NCBI GenBank assembly: GCA_010405405.1
Contig: MU004247.1
Coordinates: 236,202-256,201 of the forward strand
Length of the DNA stretch: 20,000 nt
Direction of reading: 5' to 3'
Origin: Microthyrium microscopicum
Lineage: Eukaryota
Positions 7,713 to 18,914 of this stretch are shown here, one piece after another; the stretch's first letter is position 1; each line of letters begins with the position of its first letter. A program made the translations under genes and the position numbers. The notes under the pieces are model-generated. The model searched no databases. It saw only the letters and a list, made by a program, of their open reading frames with translations, and was not told where the DNA came from.

Positions 7713-9342
7713 TCAGCTTTGCAGTCTACCCTTGAGCTTCTCAATACTGCGACGAACAGCATCGTGATTGCCATTCTCTGCGCTGGAAAGAGCGGCAACT
7801 GTCTCATTGATAGCATCATCCAGCCCCTGCACGTCTCTTTCTACATCCTCTGGTAAGAGTTGAACAGACGAGTAGGTCGTAGATGCATATAGTTGCTTCA
7901 AGGCTGACTGCAGCGCCTTTTTCTGCTCATCTATAGCCTTGTTGACCACATCTGCAGTAGACGTAGCTGCAGACGCGTATTGCTCATGCAGTCGCGCTTT
8001 ACTGGCTACTGTAGCAGTTTCCAGAGCGGGGGCACCCACCCTTCCTGGAATCGCAAAGCGACGAAACACCTGCTCCGCTAAATTGATATTGCTGGACGCA
8101 GACTTTGAGTCGGCGCGGCTTGCTAGGCCAGGACGGGCCGATTGCATTTTACTGAGGGGACTCGCTGATTTTTCCGAACCTGAAGTTGCGTTTGGTTCAA
8201 AAAGCTCCGCAAAGGTTGAACTGATTTCCGACAAGACGCTGTTATGATTGCGAAGATCCACGGAACAGGCACTGATGACTTCTAATTGATTGACCATATG
8301 TTCCAAGGTGGCCAGAACATACTCAAGCCACTCATGCTGTGAGCTTTGTGAGTGTTTTTGATTTGTCCGGATGGCTTTGACGAGCGGCTGACGATAATCA
8401 GATCCCACCACAAGCTCCATGACTGACCCGATTTCAGAGCGAAGGCTTTCCACTTCTGCTTCGAGGTCCTCCAGGTTGGTGTCCTCGTCAGAAATATTTG
8501 CGGCACCTGGCTCCTCCATATAATCGCATATGGCCTCATTGATGAGCGTATCGATCCGAGCTTTGGTATCCTGTTCCCTGAGCGAAGCTAGAGCGCGAGA
8601 CCATCCATCAACGGTTGGCACTGTGACAGCCTCTTTTGACAGTGGCATAGTTCTGGGTGCAAGTTTGGAGAGAGCAGCAAGTATCTGATCATCTGCTCCA
8701 AGACGTTCGGATATCTGAGATGTCAAGGAGGACACAGCCTTGGCGGACTGCTTGGTTGCAATACTAAACTCCTCTTCTATTGAGTTGACTAAATCCTCAA
8801 CCTGCAGAAAGGTGTTAGCTTGTCCAGTAGAAGCGAAGTGCTCAGTTTACCGTAAAGTCCAAACTGCCAGCGAGTGTGCGTTTACTACCAGGACTATCAG
8901 CCTCAGCGGCACTTCGACGTTCCAAAGTTTGCCGCTGGAGAGCATGAAGAGCCTCCCTCTGAGCTTCCAAAGTCTCAGCATGTTTCTCAATCAGATCTGT
9001 TGATGTCTGGAGTGAACTGATAGCCGCTTTGAGTTGCGCATCGTTCAGTATAAGCTGGTCTGATGATGGAGGGCCATTCTGATGCGATAATTCTTGATAT
9101 CTAAAATCTTCTGTCAACAGCAGTCTCAGGAGCTACGCAGAATGACATTGTTACATTTGCATCTCATCCGCAGAGAGTAGGGTCTCATCGTGAAGATACT
9201 CCTTGACCCACACAATCATTTCATCCCTTGTTTTTGGAGACGCAAAGGCCCACGATATATCGTCTGCTCCCAACGGAATCTCCCTCTCTTTCAAAGCCGC
9301 GAGCAGTCGCTCCCTGGCCTGGTAGTCCTGGATATTCATCAT
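7713..9342 (-). CDS. HAUS3: Probable augmin complex subunit 3 (HAUS3/Dgt3/AUG3-like) coiled-coil protein; 508 aa; exons 9342-9155, 9100-8851, 8801-7713
   Basis: Introns 9154-9101 (GTAACA..TTGAC..TAG, 54 nt) and 8850-8802 (GTAAAC..CTAAC..CAG, 49 nt) join three ORF fragments in frame (1527 nt). The N-terminus LGADDISWAF...EMIVWVKEYLHDETLLSADEMQIYQEL parallels the recalled human HAUS3 N-terminus (LNGEDFDWLF...FLKWFCGNVNEQNVLSERELEAFSIL). The remainder is heptad-rich. The gene model is more certain than the name. Confidence 0.68.
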
Positions 9343-9934
9343 GATCGCCTCCCCATGTAAAATTGCGACTGAAGTGTGCTCTGCAAACTTGAAGCTACAA
9401 CAGATGAATTGAAGTGAGGTTGTGGAATTTCTGGGCAGGGATGGCCCACCTGCACGTGGCGGGCATGCAGGAGCTGCATTTCTCTAGCAACCAAAGGGGA
9501 AATATTTACATATGCAACAAACACGTTATTTGGACATCGACTTAGAAGATAGATAATTATCAAGGGATTTTGGCTTGACAGAGGGGGACTCGCCGTATTT
9601 AATACTACAGCTTGCCTGCCTAAAATTATTATTGGGAAATGTGGGCATAAATTTTGGTCGATCTCAAAACTCAACCATAGAATCACAACATCGAAATCAT
9701 CATTTCATAATTAAATTAGCTCTTCTTTATTTTCAGGAGGCCGGACAGAAAGGCACTTGCGGTGGACGTAAGAAATACGAGCTGTCTCCGTTGAAGCTTG
9801 ACTGGTAGATGAGAAGCATTTGAAATGCATGAGGCTCATGAGGTGCTTCGTACGCACATGAAGTCACATTTGCCCATCAGTCGGTAAATTATGTATTCGC
9901 AGTTGAGATCTTGAGATAAACACAAAAATGTAAA

Positions 9935-9958
9935 CTACCTACCTACCTACCTACCTAC
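9935..9958. repeat. (CTAC)6 microsatellite
   Basis: Six perfect CTAC units read directly. Confidence 0.95.
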
Positions 9959-12900
9959 AACACATCCTTACTCTAGAGTAGGATTATCATGTTGTTGAAT
10001 GTGCCATCGAAGTTACATTGACGTTCCCGTCCTGTCCGCCAGAAACAGTGGTACAAGATACGACATCTTACAAAGTATGTAAAGCCACCTGGTAATTGTA
10101 ACACTTATATGCTCGACCGAACATACTTCCGCTACATCGCCATCCTCACGATTTCAGTACGCGTGATCGTCAATGTCAGTCTGCATTTCAAGCCCAAGAA
10201 TAAAACCCCGAAACACGTAGATTTCGTTACTCCACACGCAAGCCTCAGACAAGAAAAAGAGGCGTTGACCACCCCCTGAGCCCCCACGTCTCTGGAAAGC
10301 GGCTGGACTTCCCCGATGACTACCGACAGCTTGGAACCGCTGATCAAGTCTGCGCCAACAAGCTCGACGAAAGGGACTGTGGGGAGAATGAATGCAAGTC
10401 TGCAAGGTCTGCAACCCCAAAAGGAAATGGTGGGTGTGGGAAGGGTATCAAAACAGGATGAAAAGACCAGCTTCGTGACTATAATTGGAAGAACAAGTAT
10501 GATCTCCCAGCCCAAAGTGGGAAAGAGTAAAGGAGAAAAGCTGTCTTGAGCGGTTTTGGCCAGGGCCTTGTCTCACCACCATTGCTTGTCATCCACTGAA
10601 TAGTGTTGCAATGAAATCTTGCAGCCAGCGAAGCGACAAAAGAACAGGTCAGGGAAGACCAAGGGGGGTTTCGCGTCAACCCCTGATCATTTTCTGGGGA
10701 TGCTTAACTTGTGGGGAGACAGTTGTCAGATTCGGGCAGCTTCGGCGCGTCCAGAAGAATGCTGTTTTGGCTGTTCTTCTCGGGAATTGATAAGAGGTAG
10801 TCTGGTCCATCTGCCGATCATTTGTGCCAAGTTTCAAGACTCTCTATTTGACTTTCCTTGGTCTTGAAAGTTGAGCAGGTTCGCATATCACCCGGACAAA
10901 ATGAACAGAGAACAATGGGGTTGCAAAAGCTGTGTTGGTTGTGCAAGGCGAAGTACATATTATCATCATCGTCGGGCATCTGATGCATTTCACCCCATGC
11001 AATGTCGGCGGCAGGGCATCGTGCCAACCAAACGCGGCAAACAGCCGGCCGCCTGTTGATTGATGGCTGATGATCCGGGGGGACCCCAAACCCCACAATC
11101 TTTGACCCCCGATGTTGGTTGATACCCCAGAATCCTGAAATGGATTCCAGACGCATCCAATCCTAACATCATTTGCATACAGTCCCAAAGCAAGCGTGGA
11201 GGTAGTCATCTTTCTCCAACTCCTGTTTGATGCTTTCTGTCGATCCAACTCTATATATTGAATTGTTGGGTACAAGGCCCTGTCAAGATACCACCAACAC
11301 ACACGCTCACAGGGCTGGAGATCTGGCCTGAATATCGTACCACGCTTCCAGGTGTTGATTGGCTTTGGCATCATCTTAAGCCCCCGCAGTGCGACTGCTT
11401 AGGTATGTATTCTTTTTCGTCCGCAACGACACATTCAAACAAAGCCGGGGACCCCTTATTATTGGCACAGCGCACCAGATGCTTGGGACATGATTACGGA
11501 GGCAAGTGGTAAGATCTATCGCCGCTTTGGAGCCACCAGGAGGCCCTTCATTTGTCTTGAATGATCACGCTTTTCTTGGTCCAATCACACTGTATAAGGC
11601 TGTCCATCATCACCGAATCCTGAAACATTACAGTGAGCAGATATTAAAGTTCCTGTGCTGAGGTCAAGCCGTGAAGTATCGTTTGGATACAATACCATAC
11701 GTGCCCATTTAGTTATCATATGGAAGAGTGAATGATAAAGGTTTCGAAACTCAACAGTAACGACATCTCGCGATAGGTCAGCCCTGTGGTATATGTATAC
11801 CGATAATAGCTGCGGGGAATCACTTTGAGCGCATTACTGAGTACCATCTACAATTTGGTGTAATCGCAACCTGCGGCATAATAATTGGCTACCAACACCA
11901 AGCAATCCCATCCAACTCCCAAGGATCAGATGCAGCTAAAACCTCAAGAAATCGATAGCAGATACAGTGAACATGGGAGCGCACAGCCTCGACTTGAAAT
12001 CTGTAATCGTCGATAGTATGTTGCTATTTTCGAACATATCGGTGGCCGTGTGCGACGGCTTTGACCCTTTCTCCATTTCCGGATATGTTGCAATTCTTCT
12101 TGTATATTGCAAAATGTATATTTACGGCAACAGCATTTAATGGTTTGGAAATATTGTTAGTTCATCGTCATGCCGATTATCCTGAAGGAAATACGGGCGC
12201 ACCAACAATGATAGGCAGATCGGGTTCTCGATATATTGGGAGCAATTGCGTATCTGGGGGATTGACCCGAGAGATTACGCGCGTCAATAGACATCGTCAG
12301 CTTCGCTTAAGCTGAGGTTTATCCTGACGGCGCAGACCTGTTAAATTTGGTATACAGAGAAGGCAATTTGACTTGAAGAGGTTTGCTCTTTGCACGTTTT
12401 TAGTTGATGGATGCGCAGGTTTGTATCAACCAACTGAGAATCGATTGTGAAGTGCTTAAAAGCCACGGACAGGGGGCCTTGTGTCTTTTTCATGTGAGGC
12501 TTCCCGTATGGAACTGGTTTGGATCACCTACCTCTACACAGTACGACAGTACGATTGGATACGGAGTATCATTATTGCAGCCTGGATAAAGGTAAACTGG
12601 GTAAGATTCGTATCATTACCCGTAAACGCCAAAATTCTAGGAGGCGGTTTTGGATTATGGCTTTCTGCGACCCACGGAAGGCGTTGAGAGACTCCCACGT
12701 ATCGCCTCGCCACACCGGTAGTGCAGGGCTGAAGGCTTTTTTATTTTGCGGCGGTCGGGAAGACCGTTCAGTGTGGGGTCTGGGGATGAGATTTGATGGA
12801 AGCGCTGTGGAATCAAGCCGACAGGGGAGGCGCAGCACAAAGGAAACGCGTCTCGCATTCCGCCAAAGAAGAAAAGAACCGTACTCCTGACGAATAATGG

Positions 12901-13670
12901 AGTTTCAACGCGTTTGCTTGACAGTTTTTGTCGCGCTCAACCCCCTTTCTAGGATGAATTTCCGCGAAAGGGTCTGAGTACGGAATGCTGGTAATGTTAT
13001 TCAGGAACCGTAATCTCTGGATCGCCATGGTTGGGAGTCAGGAAAGGTTGTAGCTAGACAGGTACGAGTTAGTAGTGGTATGGGAGCTTTGTCCTTAGCT
13101 GAATCATTGCTTGCCTGTGACATTGGTTTGCCGAAGACATTTCCTGATAGCTTCGAGTCAAGTAGTAAGTTTCTAAAAGTTCGAGGCCGTGTCAACTGCC
13201 GCACTCCACAATATGCCCAGATTTTGAAGGGAGCTAGCCATTGGTGCCCGAGAGAGAGAGTTTTCCACGTTTGCTAGCGATTGGGGGTTAACAAGAGACG
13301 AGAAGATTAAGAAGGACATTTTTCTGCACTCTAACTTTGTAAATATGATGGAATTGTGGTAGATGAAAGAGAAAACCGTAACTAAGGACTTCTATGGGAA
13401 AAATGAATATTGCGAGTCTGCGACACGGTATTTGATAGATATGGGAGATACACAATCAAGATTGAGTGGCATTTGATGCGCCTCATTTGTTCCGCGGCTC
13501 CAGTGTTTTGCGGATGCGCAAATATCAGAGATTTTACTTTGGAATCTTACCAGTCAACAACGAGCCTGTGAGCCTAGATGTTGGGAATTGCTAAAGAGGA
13601 AAATCAAGAGATGGCATCATAAGACTGATCCAGGCATGGCAAGGACTTGACCAGCAATGAGAGGGGAGAA

Positions 13671-14179
13671 CTGGGGTTGTAGACAGTGCTGGCTCGGGAT
13701 TGATGAGGCAGAGACGCATTCTGATGGCAGAGCCGAACGGAATGGTTTTCATTTGGATGGCCCGGACGCGTGGGGTTTGGCAGCCAGCCAAGCTTACCAG
13801 GCCCAGTAGTTAGTTGTAGTAGTACCCCGTACCTTTGATGGAAATCATGGGATACCCACTGGCAGTCTGGCATACAGCACACTGCTCAATTGTGCTCACG
13901 GCCGCTGCATCAGATTTGTTGATGCTGTGGTGTTGTCGTTGTCGTCGTAGACGCTGGAAGTAGTTGGCGCCCCCTTCAATCCCAGACTCAAAAGTGAAAA
14001 GGTGTGTGCTGGACTGGGCAGTTAAGGCAGTGTATGGATAGACAGTGTGGAGGGTGGCAGAAATGGGGACTGGCGGAGAGAAAGCGCACTGTTGGCTTTC
14101 TTTGGTCTGTGGTCTGTGGTCTTTTTTGGAGTTATTGGGCTCCCCCGGTCCCTTGTCCAGATGTCCCTTGTCCCCCCAG
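13671..14179. promoter_or_regulatory. Proximal cluster of CreA/Mig1-type SYGGRG sites upstream of creA (putative autoregulation)
   Basis: CTGGGG 13671, GTGGGG 13770, GTGGAG 14047, GCGGAG 14073, CCCCGG 14143 (-) and CCCCAG 14174 (-), with several STRE-like AGGGG/CCCCT nearby. Followed by ~325 nt of ATG-free, pyrimidine-rich sequence up to the start codon. Confidence 0.55.
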
Positions 14180-14490
14180 TTAAGGGGCCGCCTACTCCCA
14201 TACCTCCCTAATCCATCTTCCGTAAATTCCCCAACCTGTCCCTTCTCGCATCTCTCCCTTAAACATTTCATCCATCTATCTTGCAACTCTTGTGCTGCCT
14301 GTCCTTGCTCTCACCACTAACAAACATATCCATACCCACCTACTACTACTACAGTCTTCAAAGTATTTACCATTATCATCCAGAAAGCAAGCCTTGATCG
14401 CGCCTCAATCTTGCTCCTACACTCTGCCTCGACTCTATCAGCACCGCTCTATCCAGCAATTCCGCTATTTTCACAGTCCTGCTCCTTGCC

Positions 14491-15731
14491 ATGGAGCAGC
14501 AAAAGCCTATCAGCCTAGTCACGGCTGCTGCGCGCGTCCACACCTTTGATCGAGAACTGCCTCGAGGAGAACTCCCAAGACCATACTCGTGTCCGATATG
14601 CAACAAAGCGTAAGACTCCGCTCCTTGACTGGTCTATCAGTTCTAACAAGACACAGATTTCACCGGCTTGAACATCAAACTCGTCACATTCGCACCCACA
14701 CTGGCGAGAAGCCGCACGCCTGCACATTTCCAGGCTGCACAAAACGCTTTAGCAGATCTGATGAGCTTACACGACATCTCCGCATTCACAACAACCCCAA
14801 CTCTCGGAGAGGTCGTGCACCAGGCATAATATCTGCCGCCGCACGACAAAGTCTTCACCATGACGGTACTCGGTCGGCTGGTATACACGATGCACACATG
14901 ATGCCACCACCTAGAAATATCCGATCTGCTCCAAGCTCCAACATGGCTTCTCCCAACGTCTCTCCACCAAACCATTACATTCCTTTTGCTGAACGAGTCA
15001 ATGCCCTCAACTCCTACGGAATGCACAGTGCAACCAGCAGTGGAGCCCAAAGTCCCGTCGGGCCACCAAGATACAGCGACAACATGAATATCCTATCCAC
15101 AGCTGCTTCTCAAGTCGAAAGAGAGAATGGACTACCTTCGCTACACCGACTTCCACCCATTTCCAACTCGTATGCTGCTGCACGGATTCCAAGCACCAGC
15201 CTTGCTCAATATTCTCTTTCCGCACATCCCATGTCAAGATCCCACTCACACGAAGCCGATGATCCTTATCGCCATCGTCAGACCAAGAAGAGTAGACCAA
15301 ACAGCCCATTCTCTACCGCTCCTCCCTCTCCTACATTTTCACATGATTCTCTTTCCCCCACTCCTGATCATACTCCCATCGTCACACCTGCGCATTCCCC
15401 TCGCCTAAGACCACTATACATGGCCGACAACCATCTTCCTCATCTTCGAAATCTCAGTCTCCATCCAGCTCCCATGCTTCCACCAATGGAACCAATGGCC
15501 GACACAACCGCAAGCCACAGCAACACCAATAGTCGTCCTCAATCAACTTTCAATGGCAATGGCGGTGGTATGCGCATCAGTGATATGCTTTCAAGACCTG
15601 ATGCCAACGACCGGAAACTACCGATTCCGCGATTAGCTGTCACCGAACCATGGAGTGGCCCTAATTCTATAATGGGCGGCCGAGGAAGCAATGGTAGCAG
15701 CATCTCCGGAGAAATGAGTGATCGCGTCTAA
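14491..15731 (+). CDS. creA: CreA/Cre1/Mig1 C2H2 zinc-finger carbon catabolite repressor; 397 aa; exons 14491-14609, 14657-15731
   Basis: Removing intron 14610-14656 (GTAAGA..CTAAC..CAG, 47 nt) restores [66 protein letters not shown]. CreA hallmarks present: [71 protein letters not shown]. No in-frame ATG between the upstream stop (14395-14397) and 14491. Confidence 0.97.
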
Positions 15732-17361
15732 TCCGACACTTTACATCATCATCTCCTACTCCATCAATTAGCACTATACCCTTCAACAATGTTCTTCGAA
15801 TACAACCTCAACATCTCTCGCCATCTCGCCTCTTGTCTCTTTTCTTCGCATGGATTTCATATGTTTGGGCTGGCACGGACGTTACGATTATAGACTGGCA
15901 TTTGCTGCGAGGATTCTGCGGCATTGCGAACCAACTCGCATACTGCTTTGGGATCCAGGGATCTCCTTTACGGCCTCGAATTACCCCCTCCAACTGGTCT
16001 TTTTGTTTTGTTTGGTACAATGACCATTTGACGAATCTCTTTTGTACACGCCTTGGGTACCATAATATTGGCTTATACCTCTTTGTCAAAACTATAGAAG
16101 GAAATGTTTTGGGCTTTCTTACCAACTTCATGTACGAGTAGTTCTGTCTTCTTTGGGAATCAGGTCATGAGTCTATTCTCACAAAACTTCAAGCGGGATT
16201 CTTGATGGTCGAGAATAGCGAAAGAAATTCAAATTAATTCCAGCTCCTCGAGCTATCAAGCCTACTCAATTACCGCTCTATTCAACAACGTGCTCATTCT
16301 AAACTATTGATCCCACAGTTCCCTTATCAAAGATTCCCTCGGCTTTGTTTACTCGGTATATTTGATCTGATAGATGGTGAACACGAGCGTAAATCGTCTC
16401 TTGACAGTTCCTCTGCACAAAAAGAACCCCAGTCAGATCATCTAAGCCTCATGCAGCATGTATAAGCCGCAATAAATTGCAAATCGGTCCAGACGACATC
16501 CCTGGCGATTGCATTCTAGGATTAAAACGACCACGATCCCCGGCCTCAATCATCAAGGTCGATTTATTTTGTGCGACGGGGGCTTCAATAGGCGGTGAAC
16601 AGCGCATAGTTTTGTTCTGGCTTTCCTTTATACATACTCTTCTAAATGCCAGCAGAGTTTGTAAAGATGCACAGTGTTTTCAGGTGCCTAAATTAGGGTG
16701 TTTCTGATAGTTTTAATTTGCTATAGCATATGCATATACATATACGGTATACTTTTCCCAGACATGCCCAGATATTCGAACACAGGCGATGAATCCAGAA
16801 GAGGTAATTACCTCTTTTTCATCTTCTTTGAGAAAAATATCAAAACGGACTGCTCAATAATATGCGCCACACAGCCCTACCTTCGTTCACTTCGTGCACC
16901 CCTTCTGCCGGAAAACCTCGGGTAGTAGAATCATCCTCACATTGCGCACATATCCCTGGGCCCGAGACTTGGTCCGTAGGATTTCTAGAAAGGATATGAA
17001 CACACGTATCTTCCTTCCAAATCGCGACATACATCTAGAACTTCTTTCTAGAAATTGGCAATTATCTCCAAAACCCACCTACCGCAAATGCGCTTCCGCG
17101 TGATTGTCTCCAGTGATTTAAACCTTTGTCAGAACGTTACCATCACACAACTCATCATCAACGATATCATGCTAAGACGAAGAATGACCATCATGTTTCA
17201 CGGCAGTTGAGCCATCTTCCACGCCACAGCGGTTGAAAGGACCGGTAGTTATAACTAGCTTCAACCTCTAGAGTATGTAAATCATCAGGCACGGGATAGC
17301 GGTACGATCAACCCGATTTTCCTTCCCTCGATACTAGATTTACAGCAGAAAAAAAGGAATT

Positions 17362-17452
17362 AGGGAAAATCCATCCCATGCACCCCGGACTTGTACTGGC
17401 GGCAGCTCGTGGGCGATCACAGAATCCGGGGCCATGCCCCATGATTTTCCCT
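17362..17452. repeat. Imperfect inverted repeat (~33 bp arms, ~24 nt loop)
   Basis: Left arm AGGGAAAATCCATCCCATGCACCCCGGACTTGT versus the reverse complement of the right arm AGGGAAAATCATGGGGCATGGCCCCGGATTCTGT. Matching blocks are AGGGAAAATC, CATG, CCCCGGA and TGT. Confidence 0.75.
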
Positions 17453-18914
17453 TTATCGTGGGCTGGAACGTTTTTTGCGTGTGGGGTGGTTGGCAGTTTA
17501 CTTTGGGGTGTGGGATTTAAGGTTTGAGGAAGGTGAAATTGAGGGGAAATATGTTCTTCCCATCGCTTTAACGACTCGTTACTCCACAGATAGCTTAAGA
17601 GGCTCAGATGTCAGGAGGGAAAATGATGGGGTACGTACCCAAGTCATGTAATGCTAGGAATGGTAGGAGAGGAGGAAGTAGCTTGACTCGGGTTCAGCTT
17701 TCTAGAACTCTGAGGCCTCACCACTTCGGTCAGCGAAATGGTCGCCGAATCTTGGTTAGGCACGGTAGGCTAGGAAAGGAACTGTTCCTTTGTGGATTCG
17801 CTGCGGATATCTCCATGAGCTTGAGCTTCTTGACTCGGACAGCTATTCTTGATTTATGGATGACGAATTGCGCAACGTGGTTGTGAGTTATGGAAATGGG
17901 ACTAGACATGTTGGCAAATTTGCAGGCTTGATTCCGTCTTCGGAAACCAAATTCCTGAAAAGGAAATCTACCGTAGCCTTGTTTGAACCAGACTGATTGA
18001 GTATCGACAAATGTTAACCCTGCTCCTCAGTGTACGCAAATGCGCGCGCAGTGTTGATCTCATGAAAGGTAAGCATGATTGGATGATTTGGACGTTATCA
18101 AAATCAAATGGCACGATGCCATCGATTTCCAGATATGGGTGTTTTTTTGCATGTGTTTTCACCTTCTCAAAGACATGTGCTTGGTCAAAACATGTGCCTG
18201 GCTCACCTACAAGCAAATGATAAAAGAGCGTTGCGCATATTCAGACAAAATACCCTTATAGTGCAGAAACACACCCGAGTCTTCCCGACCACCACGTACA
18301 ATATCGATACATTTGATGCTCATACCATCATAGTGTTTTTTGAGGACTCTGCTTTTCGAGAAGCCAATGTCGCCATCGCAATTTCCAGGGAACATTTACC
18401 GTTTGTTCATCATGTCTAATTTTACGTTATCATTTAGAAATTTATATGCCTTGATCATGTAAAAAGAAACTAGGCGCTCGAATTATCGCAGGACAAGTCA
18501 TTCAATGCTGAAAACATCCTTGACTCTTATCTCATTCATGCATCAAAATCTCACCAGTCTCCGCACATGCTGAAAACATGGCCTCGCTGAACGATTCCCC
18601 GCATATCTCGCGATTTCTCGCGGTGTTGTTGCTGACTGGTTTTACTTGGAAGATTATGGTTTGTTTGGTGGGGAAAGGCTAGGACGTAACAGGATATCAT
18701 TGGCTTCTCCTGCAAGGCTATCAAACTATGCACGATAAGTGCCAGCCATCTGGGACCACAAGTCTCCTTTGATGCTTCCAATATCCAGTGATGATGCAGA
18801 GCCGAACGACATCCCGCAGCTTCCGCACCCAACAGCCGCAACCTCCACATTCACCGACTTGTTTGTGTGAGATCGTAAAGGGACGACGTGGTTCCGCTAA
18901 CCCTCAGAAAATCG

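Noticed and set aside
10818..11374. 176-aa and 112-aa overlapping - strand ORFs
   Set aside because: Cys/Trp/Arg-rich random-like composition, no recognisable domain and no convincing splice structure. A small gene cannot be fully excluded.
14222..14354. Possible 5'-UTR intron of creA (GTAAAT..CTAAC..CAG)
   Set aside because: Weak donor, and the branch-acceptor distance is longer than in the five introns modelled here. No upstream coding exon would be joined. Needs RNA-seq.
14589..14656. ORF-track N-terminus of creA ([10 protein letters not shown]...)
   Set aside because: Reads through an intron from a GTG. Splicing restores the missing CxxC of finger 1.
17968..18419. Overlapping short ORFs on both strands, possibly a decayed gene
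   Set aside because: No recognisable motif in any frame, so a pseudogene call cannot be supported without tblastx.
18896..18904. Telomere-like CTAACCCT at the RIP boundary
   Set aside because: Little more than one unit, which is expected by chance.
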